Assembly (NCBI GenBank): GCA_963842845.1
Contig: CAWJHZ010000011.1
Coordinates: forward strand, 4,744-68,743
DNA: 64,000 bases
Reading direction: 5' to 3'
Source of the DNA: an uncultured Chloroflexia bacterium
GTDB taxonomy: Bacteria; Chloroflexota; Dehalococcoidia; DSTF01; JALHUB01
Below are positions 9,538-19,803 of the stretch, one piece after another. Made by a program: the position numbers and the translations under genes. The first letter of the stretch is position 1. Every line of letters starts with the position of its first letter. The notes under the pieces are model-generated. The model made no database searches and was not told the origin of the DNA. It saw only the letters and a list, made by a program, of their open reading frames with translations.

Positions 9538-10389
9538 ATGTTCAAGAAAGCACTCATCCTCGTCGGCCTCCTGACCGTTGCACTGGCCGTTGCCTGCGGC
9601 GGCTCATCGAAATCGTCGGATAACACGGGCAAAGGCGCCACGGCCGTCGCTACCACCGTCGCGACCGCCGCAGCGTCCCCCACCGCCGCGAAGGCCGCGC
9701 CGACCGCCGAGGCGACCGTCAGCGGGTCGTCCGACTCATCCTTCAACCCGCTCGACTTTATGACCGGGCAGATGTTCGGCAGCGACGCGCTGGCAGCCGA
9801 AGGCGCTGTCGCCGGCGCCGCAGACCCCGACCTGACGTCCGCCCTCCTGACCGAGAGCGACCTGCCGTCCGGCTACCAGGCCCTTGCCGCCGACACGGGC
9901 TACACGATGGACCTGCCGGACGGCCAGTTGAAGATGGCTATGCGCACCTTGACGCAGGGTGGCGCCTCGGCTGACGCCAGCCCCACGGGCCCCGTCGTGA
10001 TGTCAGCGGCGATGTCCATGCCCGCTGCGGAGCTGTCGAAGTTCGATTCGCAGCTTGGCCAGCTCGACCAGATGTCCGCCAGCGACCTGGAGCAGCAGAT
10101 GGCCGGCGCATCGGCGCTGGGCGTCACGCTCAAGGACGTTAGCCTCACCAACGCAGACATCGGCGACGGCGGCGCCCATATGCACATGGTTATGGACATG
10201 AGCGGCCTGGCCGAGGCGTTCGGCGGCAACTCCGACCAGATGGGCGCGTTTCAGAACGGCATCGCCTTCGATGCCTATATGTTCAGGCACGGCGACCTGA
10301 TCCTTATGGTCATCTCCTTCTGGCCCGCCGACCAGCAGGCGCCCGTCGACGCGGAGGCGCTGGCGAAGACGATGGACTCGCGGGCGTAG
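9538..10389 (+). CDS. putative lipoprotein, paralog of upstream repeated domain
   Basis: MFKK..LAVA|C lipobox; Ala/Thr linker; DLTSALLTESDLPSGY ... VDAEALAKTMDSRA. Confidence 0.82.
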   Translation: MFKKALILVGLLTVALAVACGGSSKSSDNTGKGATAVATTVATAAASPTAAKAAPTAEATVSGSSDSSFNPLDFMTGQMFGSDALAAEGAVAGAADPDLTSALLTESDLPSGYQALAADTGYTMDLPDGQLKMAMRTLTQGGASADASPTGPVVMSAAMSMPAAELSKFDSQLGQLDQMSASDLEQQMAGASALGVTLKDVSLTNADIGDGGAHMHMVMDMSGLAEAFGGNSDQMGAFQNGIAFDAYMFRHGDLILMVISFWPADQQAPVDAEALAKTMDSRA

Positions 10390-10527
10390 ACGTCAGGCAA
10401 AACGAATTCGCTCAACAAGGCCGCGCGGCTGAAACGACGTTCCGCGGCCTCTTCTTGTCGCGACGTCGACGTCGCTCGGCCGTTCGTGGCATTTCCGTGC
10501 AAAACCTGTATAAAATGCCAATAAGCC

Positions 10528-10556
10528 TTGACATCACTCCCGGCGAATCCTATATT
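10528..10556 (+). promoter_or_regulatory. sigma70-like promoter of suf operon
   Basis: TTGACA-N17-TATATT. Confidence 0.6.
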
Positions 10557-10606
10557 GGGGATAGACAAACGCGCCCCGAAAGAGAGCGCCGGTAAGGTGG
10601 TGTTCA

Positions 10607-11374
10607 GTGCCTGCAAAGAAGCCCCTATTCCAGATAGATAACCTCCACGTCAACGTCGAATCACGCGAGATCGTGAAGGGCCTGAGCCTGGAAGTCGGTC
10701 GCGGGGAGGTGCACGCTATCATGGGCCCGAACGCCTCCGGAAAGAGCACGCTCGCCAACGCCATCATGGGACACCCGCGCTACACGGTGACAAAAGGGCG
10801 CGTGCTCTTCAAGGGCGAAGACATCACGGCCCTCGGGCCTGACGAAAAGGCGCGACGCGGGCTCTTCCTCGCCTTCCAGTACCCGATGGCGATTCCCGGC
10901 GTCACGATGGTCAACTTCCTGCGCTCGGCGTTGCGGGCCGTCCGCGGCAGCGATGTGCCGGTGCGCGAGTTTCGGGCGATGCTGCAGGAGACCATGGCAA
11001 AGCTGAAAATCGACGAGGACTTCGCTCGCCGATATGTGAACGACGGCTTCTCCGGCGGCGAGATGAAGCGCGCCGAGGTGCTGCAGATGGGCATTCTCCA
11101 GCCTGACATGGCGATCCTCGACGAGACGGACTCCGGCCTCGACATAGACGCCCTGCGTACCGTCTCCGAAGGCATCAGCAGCCTCATGAATGAAGACCGC
11201 GGCATGCTTGTCATCACCCACTACCAGCGCATCTTGAACTACATCCCGCCGGATTTCGTCCACGTCCTGTTCGATGGGCGGATCATCAAGTCCGGCGGCC
11301 GCGAGCTGGCCGAGGAGCTGGAAGCGGAGGGTTACGAGCGCATCACCGGCGCCGTGTCGGAGGTGACTCCGTGA
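10607..11374 (+). CDS. sufC: Fe-S cluster assembly ATPase
   Basis: [39 protein letters not shown]. Confidence 0.96.
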   Translation: MPAKKPLFQIDNLHVNVESREIVKGLSLEVGRGEVHAIMGPNASGKSTLANAIMGHPRYTVTKGRVLFKGEDITALGPDEKARRGLFLAFQYPMAIPGVTMVNFLRSALRAVRGSDVPVREFRAMLQETMAKLKIDEDFARRYVNDGFSGGEMKRAEVLQMGILQPDMAILDETDSGLDIDALRTVSEGISSLMNEDRGMLVITHYQRILNYIPPDFVHVLFDGRIIKSGGRELAEELEAEGYERITGAVSEVTP

Positions 11375-12777
11375 CCGATCGCAAGGCCATCGAGATAGCC
11401 GAAGACGGCTACAAGTACGGCTTCCACGATGAGGCGCACTACCTCTTCCGCACGGAGAAGGGCCTGTCGCGCAAGGTCGTCCAGGAGATCGCCGGCATCA
11501 AGGAAGAGCCGGAGTGGATGCGGGAGATGCGACTTCGCGCGCTCGAGGTCTTCGAATCGAAGCCCATGCCCGCCTGGGGGCCCGACCTTTCGGCCGTGAA
11601 CCTGGACGAGATGTACTACTACGCTCGCGCCAGCGACCGCGCTGAGCGTGACTGGGGGGACGTGCCTGACTACATTCGTCGCACGTTCGACCGGCTGGGC
11701 ATACCGGAAGCGGAGCGCAAGTTCCTCGCCGGCGTCGGCGCCCAGTATGACTCCGAGACCGTCTATCACAACATCCGCCAGGAGCTGTCGAAGCAAGGCG
11801 TCATCTTCGTCGACATGGACACCGCCGTCCGGGAGTATCCCGACCTCTTGCGTCGCTACTTCGGCACCGTCGTGCCGCCCGGTGACAACAAGTTTTCGGC
11901 TTTGAATAGCGCTGTTTGGAGCGGCGGCAGCTTCATCTACGTTCCGGAGGGCGTGCACGTTGACGTGCCGCTGCAGGCCTACTTCCGCATCAACGCCGAG
12001 AACATCGGCCAGTTCGAGCGCACGCTCATCATCGCCGAGCCCGGAAGCTTCGTCCACTATATCGAAGGTTGCACGGCGCCCATCTACACCAGCAACTCGC
12101 TGCACGCCGCCGTCGTTGAAGTCATCGTCAAAAAGGGCGCGCGTGTGCGCTACAGCACCGTCCAGAACTGGTCGACGAACGTGTACAACCTCGTGACGAA
12201 GCGCTCCGTTGCCTATGAAGACGCCGTTATCGAATGGGTGGACGGCAATCTTGGCAGCAAGGTCACGATGAAGTACCCGGCGATCTACCTGATGGAGCCC
12301 GGCGCCCGCGGCGAGGTGCTCTCGCTCAGCTTCGCAGGTCGCGGCCAGCATCAGGACGCCGGCGCGAAGGCCGTTCACGCTGCGCCTTACACCAACTCGG
12401 TCATCACCTCGAAGTCCATCAGCAAGGACGGCGGTCGTGCCAGCTACCGCGGCCTGGTGAAGGCTTACCGTGGCGCGAAGGGCATCCGCTCCTCCGTCCG
12501 CTGCGACGCCCTGCTCCTCGACGCAGACTCGCGCTCCGACACCTATCCAACGATGGAAATCGACGAGCGCGACGTCACCATCAGCCACGAGGCGAGCGTT
12601 AGCAAAGTAAGCGAGGAGCAGCTCTTCTATCTGCGCAGTCGCGGCATCGACGAGCAGGAGGCGACGAAGATGATCGTCAACGGCTTCGTGGAGCCGGTCG
12701 TCAAAGAGCTGCCGATGGAGTATGCGGTCGAGCTGAACCGCCTCATCGAGCTGCAGTTGGAGGGGGCGATAGGCTAG
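11371..12777 (+). CDS. sufB: Fe-S cluster assembly protein
   Basis: [36 protein letters not shown]. Confidence 0.96.
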   Translation: MTDRKAIEIAEDGYKYGFHDEAHYLFRTEKGLSRKVVQEIAGIKEEPEWMREMRLRALEVFESKPMPAWGPDLSAVNLDEMYYYARASDRAERDWGDVPDYIRRTFDRLGIPEAERKFLAGVGAQYDSETVYHNIRQELSKQGVIFVDMDTAVREYPDLLRRYFGTVVPPGDNKFSALNSAVWSGGSFIYVPEGVHVDVPLQAYFRINAENIGQFERTLIIAEPGSFVHYIEGCTAPIYTSNSLHAAVVEVIVKKGARVRYSTVQNWSTNVYNLVTKRSVAYEDAVIEWVDGNLGSKVTMKYPAIYLMEPGARGEVLSLSFAGRGQHQDAGAKAVHAAPYTNSVITSKSISKDGGRASYRGLVKAYRGAKGIRSSVRCDALLLDADSRSDTYPTMEIDERDVTISHEASVSKVSEEQLFYLRSRGIDEQEATKMIVNGFVEPVVKELPMEYAVELNRLIELQLEGAIG

Positions 12778-12781
12778 CGCC

Positions 12782-14089
12782 ATGTTGAGTTCCGTCGCCA
12801 GCCGCGAACAGCAGGCTATCGAGGAGATATCCGCTCGCAACGACGAGCCGTACTGGCTGCTGCAGCATCGCCTAAAGGCCTCTTACCTCTTTGACGACAT
12901 GATGTTGCCGACCGGCCAGGAGGAGGAATGGCGTCGGACGGACCTGCGGGCGGCGAACGTCGAAGGCCTGGATCTGTTGAGCGAGCCGTCAATCGCGGCG
13001 GCGGAAGCCCCGTCGCACGACGAGGGCGGCTACGGCGGCCATATTGTGCAGCAGGACGGTCTGACGCTGGACCGGCGGCTCTCCAGCGACGTCGAGCGGC
13101 TGGGCGTTGTCTTCAGCGATCTGCATACCGCCGCGCGGGAGCAGCCAGAGCTCTTCCGCAGCCATTTCATGACAGAAGCCGTCCAGCCCATAGCCTGGAA
13201 GCTGGTCGCTTTGCATGCCGCTCTCTGGAGAGGCGGCGTCTTTCTATACGCCCCGGCCGGCGCCAATATCAGCGTTCCACTTCACGCCCGCGTGGGCACT
13301 GCCGACGCCGAAGCCATCTTCCCGCACACCCTCGTCGTCGCCCAAGAGGGTAGCAGCGTCACCCTCGTCGAAGAGCACGATTCCGACGAGAGCCGTCGCC
13401 ATAGGTTCAGCAGCGGCGTCGTCGAGATCCTCGTGCGACGCGGCGCCGCCGTGCGCTACGTCGGTGCGCAGGACTGGAGCCGCCGCGCCAACGCCTTCAC
13501 CACCATCCGCGCGATCGTCGGCGAAGACGGAAAGCTGGAGCTCGGCCTCGTCGGGACCGGCGGCAACATTTCGAAGACCAACGTCGAAGTCATCCTTTCG
13601 GCGCCGGGGGCCAGCGCCAGCATCGCCGGGCTGTTCCTGGCGTCGGGCGAGCAGCACATGAGCTACGTCACGCTCCAGGACCATCGCGCTCGCAATACGA
13701 CTAGCGATCTGCTGCTGAAGTCCGCCATTAAGGACAGCGCGCAGCTCGTCTGGAACGGGCTGACCCGTATTCGCAGGGGCGCTGGCGAGAGCGACGCTAA
13801 CCAGACGAGTCGCAACCTCCTTCTCGGCGAGAACGCACGCGTCGCGCCGATTCCCGTGCTCGAAATCGAGGCGTATGACGTCGCCCGCTGCAGCCATGGC
13901 GCCACGGTCAGCTCGGTCGACGAAGAGCAGCTATATTACATAATGTCGCGCGGGCTCAGCCGCCGGGAGGCGACGGAGGCCATCGTTGACGGCTTCTTCC
14001 GCGAGGGGCTGGAGCGCCTGAGCCCCGTCCGCGCGCACGATTTCATCGGCCGCGTCCTGGAGCGCCGGCTAGTGGCGAAGGCGGCCTGA
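12782..14089 (+). CDS. sufD: Fe-S cluster assembly protein
   Basis: EEWRRTD, QTSRNLLL, PVLEI..DVARCSHGATV; operon position. Confidence 0.93.
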   Translation: MLSSVASREQQAIEEISARNDEPYWLLQHRLKASYLFDDMMLPTGQEEEWRRTDLRAANVEGLDLLSEPSIAAAEAPSHDEGGYGGHIVQQDGLTLDRRLSSDVERLGVVFSDLHTAAREQPELFRSHFMTEAVQPIAWKLVALHAALWRGGVFLYAPAGANISVPLHARVGTADAEAIFPHTLVVAQEGSSVTLVEEHDSDESRRHRFSSGVVEILVRRGAAVRYVGAQDWSRRANAFTTIRAIVGEDGKLELGLVGTGGNISKTNVEVILSAPGASASIAGLFLASGEQHMSYVTLQDHRARNTTSDLLLKSAIKDSAQLVWNGLTRIRRGAGESDANQTSRNLLLGENARVAPIPVLEIEAYDVARCSHGATVSSVDEEQLYYIMSRGLSRREATEAIVDGFFREGLERLSPVRAHDFIGRVLERRLVAKAA

Positions 14090-14091
14090 CT

Positions 14092-14421
14092 ATGTCTGAG
14101 TCTATAAAGGCGGCGGCGACGCTGGACGTCCCGCCGGGAACAGTGAGGGTGGTCGAAGTGAGCGGACGCCGGATAGCGCTGTGCAACGTCGGTGGCGAGT
14201 ACTTCGCCGTCGACGACGTCTGCACGCATGACGGCGGACCGCTGGGTAACGGCAGGCTCTGCGACGGCGAGATCGAATGCCCGCGCCACGGCGGCCGCTT
14301 CGACATACGCAGTGGTCGCGCCACGGTCTTTCCCGCTATTAATGCAATCCGCACCTATCCGGTGGCGGTTGATGGGGGGAACGTCATGCTGTCGTTTCCC
14401 GAGGGGGCACGCGATGTTTGA
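14092..14421 (+). CDS. Rieske-type ferredoxin
   Basis: CTH...CPRHGGRFD Rieske ligands. Confidence 0.93.
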   Translation: MSESIKAAATLDVPPGTVRVVEVSGRRIALCNVGGEYFAVDDVCTHDGGPLGNGRLCDGEIECPRHGGRFDIRSGRATVFPAINAIRTYPVAVDGGNVMLSFPEGARDV

Positions 14422-15664
14422 CATTGAAGCTATACGTAAAGATTTTCCGATCCTCCAGCGCAGGGTGCATGGCAGGCCCCTGGTCTACCTGGACAATGCC
14501 GCCACCACGCAGAAGCCGCACGCCGTCATCGACGCACTAGTGGAGTACTACGAGCACTATAACTCCAACATCCATCGTGGCCTGCACACCCTTGCCGAAG
14601 AGGCGACGGGCCGCTATGAAGAGGCGCGACTGAAGGTCGCGCGCTTTATCAACGCGCCGGGCGCGGAAAGCATCATCTTCACGCGCAACGCCACTGAGTC
14701 GATCAACCTTGTGGCCCAGGGCTGGGGACGCACGCACATCAAGGCCGGCGACGAGATCGTGCTCACGATCATGGAGCATCACAGCAACTTCGTCCCCTGG
14801 CAGATGCTGGCGAAAGAGACCGGCGCCGTTCTCCGATTCGTCGACATTGACGACGAGGGCAAGCTGCGCCCCGAGGACTGGCAGCGTTTCGTCGGCGAGA
14901 GGACAAAGCTGGTCACGCTGACGCAGATGTCGAACGTGCTCGGCACCATCAACCCCGTGCGCGAGATTGCCGCTCTTGCGCACCGCTACGGCGCTCTCGT
15001 CTTCGTCGACGGGGCGCAAAGCGTGCCCCATATGCCGGTGGACGTTCAGGACCTCGACTGCGATTTCCTTGTCTTCTCCAGCCATAAGATGCTCGGCCCC
15101 ACCGGCGTGGGCGTTGTCTATGCCCGTCGCAGCATACTCGAAGAGATGTCGCCCTTCCTGACCGGCGGCCATATGATCAGCCGGGTAACGATCGACGATT
15201 CCACCTGGAACGACCTTCCCTGGCGCTTCGAGGCGGGCACGCCGAACATCGCCGACGTCATCGCTTTCGGCGCCGCCATCGATTACCTCGAGGGCATCGG
15301 CATGCGGGCCGTGCGCCGCCACGAGATCGAGCTCACCGCCTACGCCTTGCAAGTGCTCTCAGAGATCCCGGACGTGACGCTCTACGGGCCGAAGGACGCT
15401 TCTATTCGCGGCGCCGCCGTCTCCTTCAACCTGAGCGACCTTCATCCCCATGACATCGGCACAGTTCTCGATAGCTACGGCATCGCCATCCGCGCCGGCC
15501 ACCACTGCGCTCAGCCGCTCATGACGCGACTGGGCGTTGTCGCCACAGCGCGTGCCAGCTTCTATCTCTACAACACCCGCGAGGAAGTCGACGCCCTGGC
15601 GCAGGGCGTCAAGGAAGCAGCAAAGTTCTTTGGAAATGTCATCGTCAGCCGGCCCCGAGCTTGA
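14414..15664 (+). CDS. sufS: cysteine desulfurase
   Basis: YLDNAATTQKP, SSHKMLGPTG, RAGHHCA; start MFDIEAIRKDFP. Confidence 0.96.
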   Translation: MFDIEAIRKDFPILQRRVHGRPLVYLDNAATTQKPHAVIDALVEYYEHYNSNIHRGLHTLAEEATGRYEEARLKVARFINAPGAESIIFTRNATESINLVAQGWGRTHIKAGDEIVLTIMEHHSNFVPWQMLAKETGAVLRFVDIDDEGKLRPEDWQRFVGERTKLVTLTQMSNVLGTINPVREIAALAHRYGALVFVDGAQSVPHMPVDVQDLDCDFLVFSSHKMLGPTGVGVVYARRSILEEMSPFLTGGHMISRVTIDDSTWNDLPWRFEAGTPNIADVIAFGAAIDYLEGIGMRAVRRHEIELTAYALQVLSEIPDVTLYGPKDASIRGAAVSFNLSDLHPHDIGTVLDSYGIAIRAGHHCAQPLMTRLGVVATARASFYLYNTREEVDALAQGVKEAAKFFGNVIVSRPRA

Positions 15665-16094
15665 CGAGCTCTACAAAGACCTGATCCTCGACCACTACCG
15701 GCGGCCGCGGAATCACCGCTCCGTCGTCGATCCTAAGGTCGTGGGTGAGGGCTATAATCCGCTATGCGGTGACGAGATCGCCGTCGAAGCCCACTTCGAG
15801 GACGGCGTTCTTGTCGACGTGGGCTTCCAGGGGCACGGCTGCTCCCTCAGCCAGGCCTCCGGCTCCATGATGACGGAGGCGATCAAGGGGAAGACCGTCG
15901 AGGAAGCGCGCGCGCTCATCGCGCACTTCACGCGGATGATGACCGATCCCGACTCGCCGCCCGCCGAAGACCTGGGCGACCTGGAGGCATTCGTCGGCGT
16001 GGCGAAGTACCCCGTGCGCGTCAAGTGCGCCACTCTCGCCTGGCACGCCCTGACCGACCTCCTGGACCAGCACGAGCAGGCGCAGGAGTCCTAG
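15636..16094 (+). CDS. sufU: SUF system NifU-family protein
   Basis: ILDHYRRPRN, NPLCGD, GCSLSQAS, RVKCATLAW. Confidence 0.94.
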   Translation: MSSSAGPELDELYKDLILDHYRRPRNHRSVVDPKVVGEGYNPLCGDEIAVEAHFEDGVLVDVGFQGHGCSLSQASGSMMTEAIKGKTVEEARALIAHFTRMMTDPDSPPAEDLGDLEAFVGVAKYPVRVKCATLAWHALTDLLDQHEQAQES

Positions 16095-16096
16095 CT

Positions 16097-16402
16097 GTGT
16101 TCTTCTCTGAAGAAGTCGTCCGTGAGCGCCTGCGTGACGTGCTCGATCCCGAGATGCGACTCAGCGTGGTCGACCTCGGTCTCATCTACGCAATCGACAT
16201 CACAGGCGACACCGTACGCGTGACCTACACTTTCACCAGCCCGGCCTGTCCTCTCGCCGGCGTCATTGCCGAGCAGATCCGGCGCGCCGTGCTGGAGATC
16301 CCCGGCGTGCGCGAAGTCGAGCTGGCGCTCACGTTCAGCCCTCTCTGGGACCCGGCCACCATGGCCAGCGAAGATGCCCGCATGGAGATGGGCATCTGGT
16401 AG
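16097..16402 (+). CDS. DUF59/SufT-like metal-sulfur cluster assembly factor
   Basis: DPE..SVVDLGLIY, TSPACP, FSPLW. Confidence 0.9.
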   Translation: MFFSEEVVRERLRDVLDPEMRLSVVDLGLIYAIDITGDTVRVTYTFTSPACPLAGVIAEQIRRAVLEIPGVREVELALTFSPLWDPATMASEDARMEMGIW

Positions 16403-16698
16403 GCGCGGCAAGCTAAGTCGCCCCCGAGCGCCGGCGGCCAAGCTGAAAAGCGCGGGTCACTCGCGATCTATCCTCCCATGCTAGCTTCAATTTCTGGTTG
16501 ATCTGCCCGTTCAGGGGTTAGCCCCTCTGTTAAGTCGGGTGCTGACACCCTTCATCCAACCCTTCTGAGTATCGACACACAAACAGACCCTGATGGTTGG
16601 AAGCGGTAGCCAGGAGGATGGCTGCCGCAAGCCCCCGCCCTTGGCGGGGAAACGGGCCGCGTCTCAACAGGGCCCCGCTCCGAATAAGGAGGGAGTGA

Positions 16699-17268
16699 AT
16701 GAGCAAAATACTCAAGTTCTTCAAGGCAACACGGGAAGAGGAAGGGATCACCGGTCTAGAGACCGCCATCATCTTGATCGCCTTCGTAGTTGTGGCGACC
16801 GTCTTCGCATTCGTCGTGCTAAGCACCGGTCTCTTCAGCGCTGAGCGAGGCAAGGAAGCGGTCTACTCCGGACTCCAGAAGACCGAAGGTTCGCTAGAGT
16901 TGAGAGGCGCCGTCGTCGCCACCACCGACGGGACCACGGTGCAGAGTGTCACCTTCGACCTGGCCAACGCCGCCGGCGGTGAGCCCGTCGACCTCGACCC
17001 CGCAGCGACGAGCAACAAGATGGTCGTTGACTACCGCGACTCCCTAGTAGATGACACGAACCTAGCGTGGACGGTTACCTGGCTTGTGGGCAACGGCGAC
17101 AATCTGCTGTCTGAAGGTGAGCTCGCGGAGATCAATCTGGACCTCACCGCTGAAAATCTGGGCCCGAACCAGGCCTTCACCATCGAGGTGAAGCCACCGC
17201 TCGGCGGCACGATGACCATCGCCAGGACGACACCTGCCGGCCTGGATACGGTGGTTGACCTCCATTAA
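16699..17268 (+). CDS. archaellin (archaeal flagellin ArlB/FlaB-like)
   Basis: Class III signal peptide EEG|ITGLETAIILIAFVVVA..L.TGLF; DNLLSEGE; F.IEVKPP.G..IARTTP; SD AAGGAGG. Confidence 0.9.
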   Translation: MSKILKFFKATREEEGITGLETAIILIAFVVVATVFAFVVLSTGLFSAERGKEAVYSGLQKTEGSLELRGAVVATTDGTTVQSVTFDLANAAGGEPVDLDPAATSNKMVVDYRDSLVDDTNLAWTVTWLVGNGDNLLSEGELAEINLDLTAENLGPNQAFTIEVKPPLGGTMTIARTTPAGLDTVVDLH

Positions 17269-17338
17269 GGAGCAACTGCTCTCCTTTAAGGAAAGCCAGC
17301 GGACGCGGCCGTAGGATTCCGACAATAGAGCCCGAAAT

Positions 17339-17380
17339 CTGGGCACCCGCTCGAAAGAGTGGGTGCCCAGTCATCTCTTT
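17339..17380 (+). terminator. intrinsic terminator after archaellin
   Basis: 14-bp stem CTGGGCACCCGCTC-gaaa-GAGTGGGTGCCCAG (one G-U pair); weak T-rich tail. Confidence 0.7.
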
Positions 17381-17530
17381 CATTCCCTCTCGAACCATCT
17401 CTCCGCGCCTCCTAAGACACCTCCGCGGCGAATGCGCCACTGACTATTGCGGCCAGTGGACATTTAGCCGGAAGGCGTGCTATAGATATCCACAATCGGA
17501 AATCGAAGCAGGAAATAGGAGGTTTCTTTC

Positions 17531-18184
17531 GTGCCAAACGACATCGAGGCAAGACTCGAAGCCCTGAGAAGAGAAGTCGAAGGGCTAAAGGGCAAGGCCG
17601 TCACGGTCACGGAGACGATTGCGAACCCCGCGCCTCTGGGTCTCGCCGGCTTTGGTCTCACTACGCTGCTGCTCAACGTGGTAAACGCAGGCATCATCAA
17701 CAAGACCGACATTGGGATGGTGTTGCCCGTCGGTCTCTTCTACGGCGGTCTCGCGCAGTTGCTGGCCGGCCAGTGGGAGTTCAAGAAGAACAACACCTTC
17801 GGCGCGACGGCGTTCACGTCCTTCGGCGCCTTCTGGCTGGCCTTCGCCGTCATGGAGATATTCATCGGCAACAAGATCCTGGGCCCGGTGTCGGCGCCAG
17901 GCGGCGTCACGGTGTTCCTGGTGGGATGGGGAATCTTCACCACCTACATGTTCGTCGGCACGATGCGGATCTCCGTGGCGCTGATGGTCGTGTTCGGGGC
18001 TCTGGCCATCCTATTCTATCTGCTGGCCTGGGGCGCACACAGCGGAAACTCAAACGTCGAGCACTTCGCCGGCTACGAGGGTCTGTTCACCGCGGGCGCT
18101 GCCCTTTACGCCTCGTTCGCGCAGATCGTTAACGAGACCTGGGGCTCGTACCTCATGCCGCTGGGCATCATCAAGCGCACGTAG
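17531..18184 (+). CDS. satP: acetate uptake transporter, GPR1/FUN34/YaaH (SatP) family
   Basis: ANPAPLGLAGF, FYGGLAQ, NTFGATAFTSFGAFW. Confidence 0.92.
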   Translation: MPNDIEARLEALRREVEGLKGKAVTVTETIANPAPLGLAGFGLTTLLLNVVNAGIINKTDIGMVLPVGLFYGGLAQLLAGQWEFKKNNTFGATAFTSFGAFWLAFAVMEIFIGNKILGPVSAPGGVTVFLVGWGIFTTYMFVGTMRISVALMVVFGALAILFYLLAWGAHSGNSNVEHFAGYEGLFTAGAALYASFAQIVNETWGSYLMPLGIIKRT

Positions 18185-18237
18185 CCTGACGTGCAGGCTG
18201 GACTCGACCGGAAGTAAAGACAAACACGGGTAACAAG

Positions 18238-18333
18238 GAACCGCCGGCGCCAGTACGGACCGGCGGTTCTTCATTTCTCACGGCTGGCGGCGCAAAGGGA
18301 CGCAGAAGCGACGGTCGAACGACCGCCGCTTCT
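18238..18333. terminator. two hairpins between convergent satP and usp genes
   Basis: GAACCGCCGG..CCGGCGGTTC (18238-18269) and AGAAGCGACGGTCG..CGACCGCCGCTTCT (18304-18333). Confidence 0.6.
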
Positions 18334-18384
18334 CTCGCTGGACCCTTGCTACGTTATCCGGTGCTCGCCTGCTGTTTGCCCCGC

Positions 18385-18831
18385 CTAGGCCGCTGTTATG
18401 AGCAGGACGGGCACGTGCGACTCCTTCAGCACCTGGTCCGCCACACTGCCGAACATCAGCCGTGCCACGCCGCGCCGTGAACGGGTGGCCATGGCGATGA
18501 TGTCCGTGCCGTACTCGGCCGCCGCTTTCAGGATCTCGGCTGACGGGTTGCCGAAGCGCACTTCCATCTCCGGCTTCAGGCCATGGTCCTCGAAGCGCTC
18601 CGCCACCGGTCGCAGGTGGTTCTCGGCTTCCTCTATCTGCGACTCAACCCAGGCAAGGCTTGCCGCCTCGTCCGTGGGGCCATCCTGCGCCTTGCCGTTG
18701 CGCTTGTCGAGATCGACGACTGTGAGCAGCCTGATGGTGCAGCCAAATGCCTTCGCTGTCTCGGCGGCATGGCTTACTACGACTTCCGAACGAAGGGAAC
18801 CGTCCACCGGGACCAGCATCTTCTTGTACAT
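18385..18831 (-). CDS. universal stress protein
   Basis: YKKMLVPVDGS, GNPSAEI, FGSVADQVL..PVL. Confidence 0.93.
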   Translation of the reverse strand: MYKKMLVPVDGSLRSEVVVSHAAETAKAFGCTIRLLTVVDLDKRNGKAQDGPTDEAASLAWVESQIEEAENHLRPVAERFEDHGLKPEMEVRFGNPSAEILKAAAEYGTDIIAMATRSRRGVARLMFGSVADQVLKESHVPVLLITAA

Positions 18832-18981
18832 GGCGTCCTACCTCCGACCTGAAAGCAGTATGGAAGCTATATTGCTAGGCTGAAGAAGATATCGGCAGAC
18901 GCCGAGCCGATCTACATAGTGGCAGTTCCCTATATGCGGGCGTTCTGCGGGCACGCATGGGGAAGAGGGTTCGTTTGCCGT

Positions 18982-19803
18982 CTAGGAGATGGCCACCTCG
19001 GGCGCGAAGGATATCGGTGCGTAACCGCCGGAAAGGAAGCCGCCCTCTACGGCGATGCCCTGGCCCGTGATGTAGCTGGAGGCATCGGAGGCCAAGAAAA
19101 CCGTCAGCGGCCCCAGTTCCCAGGGCTCGCCGACGCGCTGCGCCGGGAAGAACTTACCCCGCTCATCCCAGTGGCGCTCTTCCTCCTCGTTCGCGGACGG
19201 GCGCTTGGCGAACTCGCCGGGGATGATGCAGTTCACGCGAATGTTGTAGCGCGCCAGCATGATTGCAAACGACTGGGTGAGGGAAATGACGCCGGCCTTT
19301 GCGGCGGCATACGGAAGGATATGAGGGGCGCCCCGGAAAGCCGTGCCGGAGCTGAGAGTGATGATGGAGCCTCCGCCCTGGTCGATCATCGGCTTGGCGA
19401 CGGCGCGGGCGCAGTAGAAGGTGCTGGAAAGATTGACGTCGATATTGTCGTGCCAGTCTTCGTCGGTCACTTCCCACAGCGGCCGGTTGAGGCCGCGCCC
19501 CTCGCCGATGCCGGCATTAGCCACGATGACATCGACTCGACCAAACTCCTCCACGGCCCTGGCCACAAGCCGATCTACCTGCGCCGACTCACGCACGTCG
19601 GTCTGAACGGCGATAGCCCTGCGGCCGCCGCCCATGGCGATGACGTCTTGCGCTATCGCATCGATGTATTTCTGGGTGCGCGCGGCGGCGACAATGTGTG
19701 CGCCTGCCTTCGCCACGGCCAGTGTCATGTCCTTGCCCAGTCCGCGACCAGCGCCGGTAATCACGACCACTTTTCCTGTCAGGTCGAGTCTCTCCATCAC
19801 CAT
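18982..19803 (-). CDS. SDR family oxidoreductase
   Basis: TGAGRGLG, ANAG, YAAAK; GGAGG upstream of ATG at 19803. Confidence 0.92.
   Translation of the reverse strand: MVMERLDLTGKVVVITGAGRGLGKDMTLAVAKAGAHIVAAARTQKYIDAIAQDVIAMGGGRRAIAVQTDVRESAQVDRLVARAVEEFGRVDVIVANAGIGEGRGLNRPLWEVTDEDWHDNIDVNLSSTFYCARAVAKPMIDQGGGSIITLSSGTAFRGAPHILPYAAAKAGVISLTQSFAIMLARYNIRVNCIIPGEFAKRPSANEEEERHWDERGKFFPAQRVGEPWELGPLTVFLASDASSYITGQGIAVEGGFLSGGYAPISFAPEVAIS

Noticed and set aside
10607-16402. Rieske ferredoxin inside the suf operon
   Set aside because: A known arrangement in other bacteria such as Actinomycetota; not novel.
16530-16580. Sigma28-like promoter for the archaellin gene
   Set aside because: Only a weak match to TAAA-N15-GCCGATAA; not supportable.
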